DNA of 64,000 bases from Camelus ferus (taxonomy: Eukaryota). The stretch lies in NCBI RefSeq assembly GCF_009834535.1, contig NC_045697.1:33730001-33794000 (forward strand), written 5' to 3'. Below the pieces are notes generated by a model, which saw nothing but the letters and a program-made list of their open reading frames with translations, had not been told where the DNA came from and made no database searches. Each line of letters opens with the position of its first letter. Positions within the stretch are counted from its first letter, which is position 1. Both the position numbers and the translations under genes were made by a program. Positions 28,446 to 41,299 of this stretch are shown here, piece after piece.

Positions 28446-29885
28446 CTGCAAATGAAATGTGCAGAAAATGTGTTATTGGTTCTGTGGGCAATTATTCATG
28501 GCTTTATAATCATTTTGCAGACTAATAAACAGTATTCTAGGCAAAGAAAGTATCTGTTGTACGTAATACACAAAGATGGAGAAATACATAGTACCCCAAT
28601 GGGGGAAAATGATTTTGAGCATCATTACACAGAAAAACATTTTTGTAGTATGCAGTGATTAAGCAATTTAATAAGGTGGCTAAAACTTTAAAAAAAAATT
28701 CTTGCTGTGCTATTTTAAAGGTGTAGTACTGAGAAAGCAATTAGCCTTCATTTTCAGCATCTTCAAGTGCAGAATTTAGACCTAACTTTTATGGAAAATC
28801 ACTAGAAAAAACTGAAAACATACAAACACACACAGATGAAAATATAAAGCTTAATTTTAGAAAGAACTGAAATGCGCAGGTATACATTATGTATACACGT
28901 ATGCCTGGGGGAAGGTAGCCTTACTGCCTTCGTTTTAGGAGTTTTATTCCTAATGCTACATATGGGAAGAAAAATACGAAGACACACATATAACACTGAG
29001 CTATACATAACATCCCTGAGTTCAGGCATGTTTTATTGGCATTTGGACAAAAACCTAAAAAAAGCTAATAAGTAAGTAAACCGTAAGATTTCTGGTGACT
29101 GTTGATAATATATTTTAATGTTACATCGTAAAAGAACATATTAAGAAAGTTACTTAGGAAGAAGCAACCTAAGATTCAGAAGCCTCAAATCCTCCCAAAA
29201 TGTCTAATTAATCCCACTGCAGGCTGAAAAATAAACGTTTAAAATTTCTGGTTTTGCCTGGTGATAAATGTATGTGAGGAACAGTTGTAGAACAAATAAT
29301 AATCAGCCATTTTCCCCCAGTGAAGATGATAAAAAGTAAATCCTATGATTCTCCCCATTCACATCCCAAAAGTAAACACAGACCAAGAATCACCAATAAT
29401 AATCATCCATCTACTTGTGGGACAGTTTTAATATATTCTCTTAATATATTTAATAATTAAGCTTTATATTTTGCTTATACTTTTAAAGAGAAGGAGAGGG
29501 TAACATCATAAAAATTGGGCAAGATTTAAAAAAGATCCCAGGAAAGCACCAAAAACACAGGGAAATCCAGTGTTCAAAAGTCAGTGGTCAGATTTCCTGC
29601 CTCAGAATTCTGTTGAAAATAGATTTAATATAATTGATTATGACTTTTGTTTCTGAATAGGAAAATCAACTCACTTTTCACATCCCACCAATTCAGAACT
29701 TATTTTAACTAAATTAAGATTTAAATATAAAAAGAAATTCTCAGCTGTGACTTATGCATCAGCTCTATTTCTGGAAACTTTCTGTATGTCCCCTGAAAAC
29801 ACTAGAGAGTTCAATGAACAAGCTAGGACAAAACCCCACTGCTAATGCCTAGTAGTATGTTGACTTCAATTGTTAAACATCTCAC

Positions 29886-30029
29886 CTGTAATGGATTTGA
29901 TAGTTTCACTTGATACAGTTTGCCCAATCAAGTCATACTGAACCAAGCTGGAAGACTCCTTTGGAACTTCTACTGATTTCTCAGGACCTTTTGTCCAGGT
30001 ATAAATCATCTCACTCTTCGGATATGCAT
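29886..30029 (-). CDS. GABRA4: Exon 6, [48 protein letters not shown]
   Basis: Acceptor catccag|, donor G|GTGAGA; 144 nt. Confidence 0.98.
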
Positions 30030-31313
30030 CTGGATGAGAGCACAGAGTGTGGTTAGAATCAGTGCTCCTTTTCCTTCAGCGTTGATGGTCAATGATTAAA
30101 AATATTACATGTGTTCAAGAAAGATGGATTAAATGACAATGAAAATCATTACAACTTACTCAAAGATGCTTAAGATTAAGAAAACTGTGGAGATTCAATA
30201 AACAGCCTTGCAGCTGGGCATATTTTTTGTTTTTTTATGCCAAAGATTTGGAGGAGGAGAGACTAAAACTAAGGCAACTAAAATGCAACGTATGCATCAG
30301 TGCATTTGGATATGTTTCCACACTCATAGGATAAACAGTTAAAAAGCAGACATAATAAAGCCCCCAAAAGTACTGTCAAATTGCTACTTGCTTCCAGTCT
30401 AACTCACTTCCACTACTTGACCAATATTGACTTCTTCCATCCTCATGCTGTTCTGCCAAACAGAAAAGTACCAGATGCTGCCTGTAATAATACAACAACA
30501 AAAACCAAAAAACAAACCCTACTGTTGAGAGAGCTCTCCAGGGGTCACCTAATCCAGACTCTGCCTCTGGGCAATACCCATGCTGTCTGGGAACCATTCT
30601 GTGGTGACAACTGGCTACACTGTTTGTAAAGCTCTCTGGGGAATATACTTACACAACCAGTTCCACTACCTTTAAACTCTTGCAATCAGAACATTTTCCC
30701 TTCCATCTTCAACAAATCCCTCCCAGAGGCAACCGAAGCTCATTTTCTATTATTTGGTGCTCAATGCAAATGGAGGCCAGCTGTTTGCCTACCAGTCTAC
30801 CCAGAACGGAGAGCTTGGCTCACACACAAATAAGTTCAAAGAAACCAAGATGAACTGTGTGCTACCCTCTGCAAACCTTCCTAAAATCACCAGAGCACAG
30901 TAGGTCCTCAGTGAAAGAGCTTCATTCTATAAAAGGAGTTGATACCTCGGGAGACTTTCTTTACAAACAACTTTTCAAAACAAACTATGAAGCTTGTGTT
31001 GCGGTGTAGCGGTTACGATTATGTGACAAGGTTTATCTTCTGAAGTATATACATGCTTAATCATACATTTAAAGTCCCGGAATGCCACGTTCCTGCTCAT
31101 GGTATTTTATATCACGCAACCTTCGCTCAGCTATCCTACGTTGCTAGAATAAACTTTCTCCCCCTTGTTTTTCTCTTTCCTATGAATTATAAACATAGTT
31201 AAATGGCATTTTCCTCTTTCCAGAGTAAGTAAGGATCCTTATTTGCTTAGTAGGATGGGCCTCTTTTTTTAATTCCAACCCCAAATCATCAGCTTCCAAG
31301 GAGTAATTTCTTT

Positions 31314-31551
31314 TTTTTTTTACTCTCTTTTTTTTTTTTGATTGATTTATAGTCAGTTTACAATGTTATGTCAATTTCTGGTGTACAGCACAATTCTTCA
31401 GTCATACATACATGAATATACATATATTCATTTTCATATTCTTTTTCACTGTGAGCTACTTCAAGATCTTGTGTATATTTCCCTGTGCTATACAGTATAA
31501 ACTTGTTTATCTATTCTATATATACCTGTCAGTATCTACAAATCTTGAACT
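31314..31551 (-). mobile_element. 5'-truncated LINE-1 3' end with target-site duplication
   Basis: Poly-T then reverse complement of an L1 3'UTR; perfect 17-bp TSD caaggagtaatttcttt at 31297-31313 and 31552-31568. Confidence 0.9.
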
Positions 31552-32900
31552 CAAGGAGTAATTTCTTTATTTTATTCAAATCTGATTGAGGGCCAACTAT
31601 GCTCAAGTCACCCTGGAGAAGGCTTCCTATGAGAGCTGGAGGGGAATGGGTGGGAAAGGACTGCCTCTAGATTAGAGTATCTTGGGTGAAATTTAAATTA
31701 CTACAGTACAAATCGTTTTAAATTCTGGCCCCAGTAAGATCATCCTTTCTGTCTACCTATTTTTCTGTTTTTATCATCTTATTAAATCACTGGTCAGAGG
31801 AAAAATGATTCTAGCTTCAAGTTAACCCAACTGAATATTGTGATTACTAGGTGTTATAAAAAGCATGGTGACTGCCGATTCTCATTAAGTTAAGCAATGA
31901 GCAATAATAACAGCAGGCAACAGTTTCACAATCAGTGCGACGAAGAATCTGAAGCAATAGTAAAAGTCAGCATCTATTTTTGGTAGAGTCTGATTGAGTC
32001 AAATATTTGAGGCAGACGTTAGAAGAGGCAATCACATTTCCTGCCATCCCTGAGAAGGCAGCTTAGGGGAAAGGAATTCCATATTCTGTCCTACCCATTC
32101 ATTCCATCCTCTTGCCTTCACCTCCACAACACAGGCCACATCCATCTATCTCACTCCTCCTCTGGTACCACGCTAGTCTAAGTCATCACCATCTTTGTAC
32201 TAAGACATACAGCCTCCAACTCTTCTCTGCATCTTCTCTAGTTTCTCTAGAATCCATTCTTCATAGAAAAGCTGAAATGAAATTGTGAAATGTCAAAGAA
32301 TGCCACGCCCCTTAGTAAAACTTTCCAAAGACATCCTATAGCATTTAGAACAATACCCAGACTCCTTAATGTGGTCTATATGGCACTATAATATCTTGCT
32401 CTGTCTACATATCAGACCACATCATACTAACAGTGCTGCTTATGTTGTAACCTATGTCATGTCAAGAAGCCCTAAACCTTTTTTCTGCTTTTTTTTAAGT
32501 CTACCGTAAAGGATTCTGCTTAGAACAGAAACTGTTAAACTACAAAAAAAAAAAAAATAAAGATTTATACTTCCTATGTTACACCACCAACACATGGAGT
32601 TCAGAGGTTCCTAAATTTCTCCACTGATCACCAACCTATTAGTTATGAATCAATTTACCTAGGCTATCTAGGTAGGCTAGGGAGGCAGAAATAGGGTGTT
32701 GCTCTTTGGGGGAAAGGGGTGGGTTTTACTTCTTTATTTCAATATATTAGATAATAAACAGTCTCCTAAAAGTCAAATGTTGACCAGTTGTTGTCATGGA
32801 TAATGATTTAAATGTTGGACTATGGAAAATCATGCACGTGTAAAAATATCAGCTGTCATAAGATAATCATAAATTCTAACAACATCGTGTATTAACTTAC

Positions 32901-32983
32901 AACTCCCAAATTTCAAAGGGCATGCATGACCATCCATGGGGAAATCCACCAATCTCATGGGACATTCTGCACTTATGGTAAGC
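32901..32983 (-). CDS. GABRA4: Exon 5, Cys-loop [27 protein letters not shown]
   Basis: Acceptor tcatag|, donor T|GTAAGT; 83 nt; C-x13-C signature. Confidence 0.99.
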
Positions 32984-33054
32984 CTATGATGGAAAAAAGC
33001 AATTAAACAAAATCAACTCTTTCTTTTAAAATAATTTTATAGATCCCTAAATGA

Positions 33055-33160
33055 GGAAGAGGGAAGGAAGGAAAAAGAAAGACAGGAAGGAAGGAAGGAA
33101 GGAAGGAAGGAAGGAAGGAAGGACGGACAGGAAAAACAGAGGGAAAAAGGGAGAAAGAAA
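33055..33160. repeat. (GGAA)n / purine-rich tract in intron 4
   Basis: Read directly. Confidence 0.9.
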
Positions 33161-33171
33161 ACAATGACTAC

Positions 33172-33392
33172 CTCATTGTGTATAAAATGGTGCCATTTCT
33201 CATAATTCTAAAAAGCTTATTTGGAGCTGTCATATTATGTGAGACAGATTTCTTTCCGTTCCTGAAAAAAGTATCAGGGGTCCATACTTTTGTTACCATC
33301 ATATTGTTCAATCTCAAAATTTCAATGGGGCCATCGTATTTTAGTCTTTTGTCAATCCATGTCTGTCTGAAGAACACATCCATTGTGTATTC
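33172..33392 (-). CDS. GABRA4: Exon 4, [12 protein letters not shown]...[12 protein letters not shown]...GTILYTM(R)
   Basis: Acceptor ttccctag|, donor AG|GTAGTC; 221 nt; loops D, A and E of the ligand-binding domain. Confidence 0.99.
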
Positions 33393-33472
33393 CTAGGGAA
33401 ATTAGTTTGTGACATATTCAAATCACAGATGACTACACATAAATATGGAGAAAAATGCATTAAATTCTAGCC

Positions 33473-33477
<5 letters not shown>

Positions 33478-33511
<34 letters not shown>
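33478..33511. repeat. (CA)17 microsatellite
   Basis: Read directly. Confidence 0.95.
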
Positions 33512-33516
<5 letters not shown>

Positions 33517-34364
33517 TCCCAAACAAAAACAAATAGGAGCAGAATTTTTCAAAACAAATCAATGGAACCAAAAGATTCTCAGCAATTAAAGCATGTTATA
33601 TCCATCCTGATACCTTAATCTTCTACATTTGTTAGATAAATATATTATCATACATGTTAATCATTCAAGAATAATTACTATAATTTAATAAAACTGCCAG
33701 CACCAGGTAATTACAGTTGTACTTCGTTTTAAATCAACTAGCAAAATTAGTTAATGTGTAACAATTATCATTGCACAATTAATCATAAAATTGTACGCAT
33801 CTCTTTAAGACAAAGTAAAACATGTAAAACAGAAATTTGATGTCCACAGAATTTATTAAAATTAGCCTAGGGTCAAGGAAAAAAGTAAAGTTGTTTCTTT
33901 GACGTGTAAACTAAAAATATTTACTATTAGAGAGCACAACTGAATGGATAAATTAATCCTGACCAGTGCTTGATCTTCTAAGCTCTTTAAGTGTGAGTGA
34001 GAGGGAAGTGGGGGAAGGGTAGTGAGGAATTGGACCAATATAGAATACTAAATGCAATTATGACTACAATATAGTTTCATACCAAAACTAATTACACTCT
34101 CTAATTTTCTCCTCCTCAAAAATCTTCTAAGGGAAAAAATATTACATACAATATTGTGCTATGGGGACTCATAATAGAAAGTTCTTTTCTCTGTTGAGAA
34201 TAACTCCAAACCAAAAGATACTCAGATGTTAGAGCTGCAATGCAAATTCAGTGTCTTACTTCTTATAAACTTTTTAGGCTGTTCTTTGACTTCCTAGCTC
34301 TGTGTGATCAACTGCAAAATTATTGTTAATTGCCCTCTTTTCTGCATATTTTCTTCAAACCTCA

Positions 34365-34577
<213 letters not shown>

Positions 34578-34600
34578 TTAAATTTTCAGTGAGATAATGC

Positions 34601-34604
<4 letters not shown>

Positions 34605-34634
<30 letters not shown>
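34605..34634. repeat. (AC)15 microsatellite
   Basis: Read directly. Confidence 0.95.
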
Positions 34635-34637
<3 letters not shown>

Positions 34638-36474
34638 TGTAGACAAAAGAACAATAAAACCGGAAAGCAATGTTTACTTACAGGCAAAAAGAAACCCCAG
34701 TTACTTACCAGGAACCTTGTTCCTTCAAAGATACATCACCCCCAGGCACTGTGACAACAGGCAGTGAGGGAACAAAAGCTTTTAGCCTTTGTGATTTTTT
34801 TAAAGTCCATCATCTGATTGACCTTTAGTAAAGAAGTGAGCTGTTAAAAAGAGGGAACTTAACCACAAGAGTGAGGAGGAGAAGAACTGTAACGGCCGTG
34901 AGGAACGCATCTTTGGTGAGTCGAGGATACTGGCAACCAACTAATACACAAAAATGAGTTATGTCACCTTTAACAACAGGCAGACCATCCACTGGTGATT
35001 AGCATCAAAGACAAGCTCTCCTAAAAGTCAGACTTATTTACACTTTGCTCCTTGCTGTGTGAGCTGGGGCAAGTTACTTAACTTCTCAATAGCAACAAGC
35101 ACACGGATCAGGCAAGACTGTGGATAGCAATCAAATGAAATTGCTCACGTGAGACCCCAAGCACAGTTACTCTCTCATGGAAGGACTTAGCAAGTATTAG
35201 TTTCTCTTCACTTCCAATAATGACCACTACTGAGAGTCTTTCCTCGTCTAAATAAGACTGGTTCTGGAAAAAGTACATGTGTGTGTTTGGCAGAAAAGAA
35301 ATATGGCAGCATCATGGCAATGGGGCTGGCACAGATTTTAGACAAAGGAAAATTACTGCAACCTGGGTTAAGCATGATGCTAAAAATCAGGGATTCTGAA
35401 GTTCAAATTTGGCTCCAACACTTTCTAATCATATGATTTTCGTCAAGTCACATATCATCAGAGGTAAAGGTTTTAATGAGCATTAACTGAAATGATACAT
35501 GTAAATCACTTGTCCCAGTCTCCAGAACATCACATGCTCAATAATGATAGTAATAATTATTATACATAGTATTGATTTTATCACTAATAAAAACTAAAAT
35601 TTGTTGCACTCTTGAATGTTATTTCTTAACTGATGGTTTATAACACTGTTTGGCCAGGGGCTACATATTCCATCCTGGAAAGAATAACATCTGCTATCAA
35701 GATGGACTATTTCCCTTGGATACTAGCTGGGCAATTGGATTTATGCCAACAAAACAAAACAAAACAAAACAATCCACGAAAAGCAATTGGAATAGTTTAA
35801 TGCCCTAGGTCTAAAGTTATCCTCATAACACTAAAGTTATCCTCAAAAAACTCACAAAAAGTAGTTGGAATAGTTTAATGCCCTGGGTCCAAAGAATGAG
35901 AATATTTCTCTCTACATACAGTGAAGATCAAGACACAGAAGTAAAAATAGTTTGAGGAAGAATGACAAAATTCCTTTTTGAGTAAGTATCCCAAGAAAAA
36001 TGTGTCCTTTGGAAGCACAGTGAGAAAAAAAGTATAGATCAGGCTGATCTGCCATGAGTTTTCATTTTTTAAAAAATAATACCTTTGGAATACAGAGAGA
36101 AAATGTGAAAAGTTAGTAGAATTTTTGTTTGAATGAGAAATTGGAAACAACAGCAACAACAAAAATATGGTAGTAATAAGCTTACGTTCCAAGTGTTCCA
36201 GGAATAGACAGGTAACCCAGGAAGCAAGCAAGGTGTGTTGAACCTTAGAATATAGAGATTTCATTCAAGAAGTTTCAAAAGTAGGAGAAATCACTCTCCT
36301 AATTTCTTAAGGACAACTGCCAACGTGTTCAAAAACAAAAAACAAACCACTATTTCAGGGCAGATCAGGGCAAGGAGAAATACTCAGAACAATTAAGGTT
36401 GAGTAAGTCCTGCCAAAAAGACTGTTTGAAAAGATTCTTGAGAAATCAAGTTACTTTGAAGATTAATACAGGAT

Positions 36475-36621
36475 ACTGGTTCTCAAACTTTAACTGTATC
36501 AGAATCCCCCGGACGGTTTGTTAAAGCACAGTTTGATGGACCCCACCCCAGACTTTCTGATTCAGCAGCTCTAAGGTAGGGCCTGACAATTTTCATTGTT
36601 AACAACTTCCTAGATGATGCT
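36475..36621. mobile_element. MER5A-like hAT DNA transposon relic
   Basis: tggttctcaaacttt...atcagaatc...ttgttaaagcacag...ccccaccccagactttctgattcag. Confidence 0.8.
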
Positions 36622-37488
36622 CTATTTCACAGAAGGTGTTTGTTTTCTAGAACAATATTTATCAAACTGTGTCCTGTAAAATATTAATACCATAGGTGTT
36701 CTATGGAAGCAGGGGAAGTATAGGAGAGGATGGAATTAGGCCAATCATATTTTTCCTTATAAATGTATTTTAAGGTGTGTGGGTGTATGCTAATTCTTAT
36801 GGTTATAATGATTCCATGATAATGATAGATATTTTCAAATTCTTATATAACATACTACTCTTTCAATGATTCCTGAAAAACGTTTTATGTTCAGAAATTA
36901 CAACCTCAGTTTTTGTTTGTGACATTATTCAGTATTTGCTTTATATGATCATAAACATCTCTGAGATTGAATAAGATCCTAAAAACATAAAATTGGTAGA
37001 GAAATTCCATTTGGACACCGGTTCGGTCACTATGTATTGAGTGACCACCTGCTGTAGGTCAGGTTCTATGCTAGGACCTGGGGTGACAGTGGAAGCATGA
37101 CTCACAAGTTCCCTGCCTCAGGGAGTTACTGTGTGACTGCGGGAGTCAAAGTATAAATAATAAAGAAATAAATGAAATGGAAGAATGCTGTCATTCACAA
37201 GAGAAACAAAACAGGCTGTTAAGAGAGGGAGAGACTGGGAAAGCCACTGCAGATTTTTTTAGCCACCCTTCAAAGCAGTGACTTTTAAAATGAGACCTAG
37301 AAGATGATCATGACATTGAAAGAGTGGAGAGAGCTGCATTTCAGGTGCAGAGAACTTCAAGGGGAAAAGCTCGGACAGAGCACCTACTTCTCTGCCCATA
37401 TTCTGAAAGCCGTATCCTTTGCGCAACATATATATAGTATGTTATGGTGACAGTTGTTAGACTTGTAGAAATCCCAGTGAAAGAAGTT

Positions 37489-37830
37489 GCTGCGGGCTGA
37501 ATTCCGTTCCTCCTAAACTCATATGTTGAAGGTCTAGCACCTAGTACCACAGAATGTGATCCTATTGAGATAGGGTCTTTACAAGGAGAATAAATTTAAA
37601 CTGAAGTGGGTCCTAATCTGACTGGTGTCCTTATAAGAAGAGGAGATTAGGACACTGAATCACAGAGAAGGAAAAAACATGGGAAGACACAGAGAACTCG
37701 CCATCTAGGAGCCAAGGAGAGAGTGCATAGAAGAAACCAATTCTGCTGACACCTTGATCTTGGACTGCTAGCCTCAAGAATTGGGAAAAAATAAATGTGC
37801 TGCTATTTAAGCCACTCAGTCTGTGGAAAA
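37489..37830 (+). mobile_element. MaLR LTR (MLT1A/B-type), inserted in an L2 fragment
   Basis: catatgttgaag...agaatgtga...gactggtgtccttataagaagagga...tgctgacaccttgatcttggact...tttaagccactcagtctgtgg. Confidence 0.8.
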
Positions 37831-39859
37831 TATATACAGAGGTTGATATCTCTCCTGCGTTCTTTTCCCAAGTTTTCTCCTTCTGATATGCAGTCCAAAT
37901 CTGCCTCTGCTTATAGGCTGTGACAAGAAGTTTGAATCGTATCCCTTAATCAGTGGGAGACCACTGAGGGTTGGATATAAGGAAAGTATCTGATCTGAAT
38001 TATATTTTTTTACAAAACCACTCTGGCAGTTTTAGGGACAGCAAATTAGAGAGAAACAAGGGTAGGAGAAGGGCTCTTCTCAAAGGCTGCCGTCCTAGCC
38101 CCGTCAGGAGATGACGGTGTCCTGGACTAGGGGTGTAGCAGTGGGACGGAGAGTGGACAGATCCAGGGGTGCGTATGTGTGCAAGTGCTCACACAAAGAA
38201 CAACAAGCAGAGATACTGTTACTATTTACTTAAGGCCTTCCATGTGCCAAGCAGGTTCCTAGGTTCTTCCCATATGCTATTTCATTCAGTCCTCACAGCA
38301 CCCTCCAGGGGTGACACTATCATAAGAAGCTTATGGATCTGGAAACTGAGCTCACACAGGTTAAATATCACATTCCAGAGCCAGAATTATAACCCCTTGT
38401 ATTGAGCTCTGAAGTGTGTTCTAGATTTACTACACTATTTCATTAAACAATAAATCAACAATTAACTACTTATATATGATTTTACACATTTACATACCTA
38501 CAATTCCTGTTTTGTTTCACAAGTAGTTTCTGAGCTATGTTCCTGCTTTTCCATTCCATTCCATAGGCCTTTCTAGGCCTTTGCTCTTTTTCCTATTATT
38601 GCAAGCTTGAGTCCATCTTTGTCTCCTTAATGGCAAAGACAAAATCTTAACCCTCTTGGAAGTCCCAAACTAATACAGTGCCTTACACATTCTAGGTGGT
38701 AAATAAGTATGTGTTGGATTGCCTTCCTAATATCGTTTTGGTAGTCATTTTAAAATCACCCAAATGGAAAAACATCAGTTAAACTACTTCCTGATTAAAG
38801 CAGAATCTGTGTTTTATTTGTATTTGTATCATCCCCAGAATGAATCTCAGGCCTTAAATGTAATAAATTTCCAATAAATCAGTTTTCAGTAATGATCACT
38901 ATGCAATTAAAAATAATTCTTAAAGATGCTTCCTGTAACACTACTGTTTAAGATGTTCAAATCAGCCTTCCTAAGAGCATAATTATGTAGAAGCCAGATA
39001 ATTTTGAACTTGGAAGGACTTCTCATAATTTTATATGCATTTGTGTAACACAAAATGCATCTTTTATTTTAAAATGTCCTTCTTTGGTAGCAGGGAACTA
39101 GTTTTTCATCCCCCAAATAGAGTGGACAATTTCTAAGGCAAAGTGCTCTTCAACAGTCTTCAAAAAAGCCAAGACCACCAGGATCAAATTCAGAGGAATA
39201 CTCCTATTGTTATTAATTATCTTATTCATATCTTAATTAGTGTTGTTAATTATCTTATTCATTATCTTATTAATGAATCTAACTTGCTTGGAAGGGGGGA
39301 AGGCAATTAACAATGTCTCAAATAATTTCCCACTGTTTATTTTAGCTGTACAAAAATACCACTTTTTAATTTCCTCTCCAATAACAGGGTCCAATCTGAT
39401 GTCACACTCAGGCGAAAGACATTTAAGCTGTTGTGCAGATGTTGAAACAAGTCAACCCTTGTTCTCCACACTCCTCCCCAACTATGCACTGGAAGACAGA
39501 TTTCTAGTTTTTCAGCCACTTAAATCTATGTATCTAGCTACATTTTACAAAACACTATTAATGTGTCTCCCCAGATCGAGAGACTTAGAGTACTTAAGAA
39601 GTACAACAATAAGGAATCTTAGTGAAATATTTAAAGAAATCTCTAATTTCACTTGTCACTTACAAAATATAGAAACACTAGCCTTCCTGCATATTAAACA
39701 AGGAACAGATGTCTACCGATATTGTTGAGAAAGCAAATAACTATATAGTTTTACTTAGATGACATTATAGATTAGTGCTTCCTTGATGCTATGATCCTTC
39801 CGTCAAACCAGCTCTACTTTTTCAATAGTAAAACCATCAAAAATAAATAAGAAAAGTAC

Positions 39860-40700
39860 TAAACACAAAAATCATATATGAGCAAAAGATGAAAATGCAA
39901 TTCACAGGAGGAAAATTCTTGCAGGCAATAAAGGTTTGAAAAGATGTTCAACCACAATAGAAATCAGAAAAATTCAAATCACTTCATATTAAAATGCCAT
40001 TTCAAGTATTCATGTATATATGTATATATATATATATAAAAATTTCTTTTCTACAGTGTTGAAGGGTTTATGGATCTTGAATCTCATATTCATGTAAATG
40101 GGAGTTTGAATTTGTAAAACCACCACAAAAAACAGTTTGGCATTATCTCATCAAGTTGAACTCCCACTTACACTAAGATCCAGAAAAATCCATTCTTGGA
40201 TATATATGCAAAAGGAACTCTTGCACATTTACAGCAGGAAATTTGGACCAGAATATTCACAGCAACACAATCTTGGAAACAAGCAAAATGCCTACTGCCA
40301 ACAGAGCAGATGAATCAGCTGGTTCCCATGCAATGGGAATATCACACGGCAGTCAAAATGAATGATCTGTAGCAATACACAGCAATAAGAATGAGTCTTA
40401 GGCATACACAATTAAGGGGGAAAGGCATCAAAAAATTATAAATAGCATGTCCAAAACAATTCAATTTGTAAAACTTCAATTTCTTTATTAAAAATAAAGT
40501 TGAGCTAAAGTGATATTCAAATCAATCTACGCAACAATTTAAAAAGGATGCAGAATGGTGGTTTGGATGGGAAAACAGGCAAATAGGATGAGGCAGACCA
40601 AGGGCAGAATAAGCCGTCAAGGTTTATTAATGATTTAAGTGAGTGTTTATCATATTACAATAAATGAAGGAATAGATGAATAGATGTATGGATAAAAGGT
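39860..40700 (+). mobile_element. Ancient L1 (L1ME-like) 3' fragment
   Basis: gcaattcacaggaggaaa...aaaagatgttcaacc...aaacagtttggcattatctc...gaaactcttgcacat-like degenerate L1 3' motifs. Confidence 0.6.
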
Positions 40701-41299
40701 TATATGCGGACCAATAATGAGAGTATGTCATGAACCAAAGATTATTAATCCAGAATCCAATTCTATGCAGCAGAATCTTTTTTCAAAGAAATACATTAAA
40801 AAGGCCTAGACAATAACACAGCTCTTTGTTTAATGATATATAAATGCAGGTTGATGTATTTTTCATCTAAAAGAAAACTAACATCCCAGTTAAATAGTAT
40901 TTAAATGTCCACCAAGATATTAACAACCTATACAACCTGGATTGTATAGTGCTTATTCCAGGAAACAACAAACGCATTTTGCATATTCTTGCCCTAGAGA
41001 ATGTGTATGTATGTGTTAGTACCAGGCTATCTTTTTTTTGTTAAACCAAGAGCATGAGAAAGTAAATTTGTGTTCTGGATTCTACAGTGTCTTGTCTTCT
41101 CAAGGGCATATGTCTTTCAGTTATCCCTTCCCTTCACTCCAATATTAAATTATTCTCTACCAGTCTGTTTCCAGTGGTACACAAACAGGTTATGGTATTT
41201 CTAATCCTTACAATAAGACAACCTTCCCTCTTCCTCTTCTCTTTCATATTTAAACTTCTGGGGGGGAAAAAAAACCTATGCAGATAGCCTGGAACTCTT

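Noticed and set aside
30995..31145. CpG-rich patch starting with a tRNA A-box-like gcggtgtagcggtta
   Set aside because: No B box or cloverleaf; most likely a decayed SINE head or chance
35787..35894. CRISPR-like repeat-spacer-repeat appearance
   Set aside because: Only two copies, the spacer is itself made of local duplications, the context is a mammalian intron and there are no cas genes
39240..39728. 162-aa ORF with hydrophobic N-terminus
   Set aside because: GTG start; the N-terminus comes from an AT-rich tandem duplication; no recognisable homology
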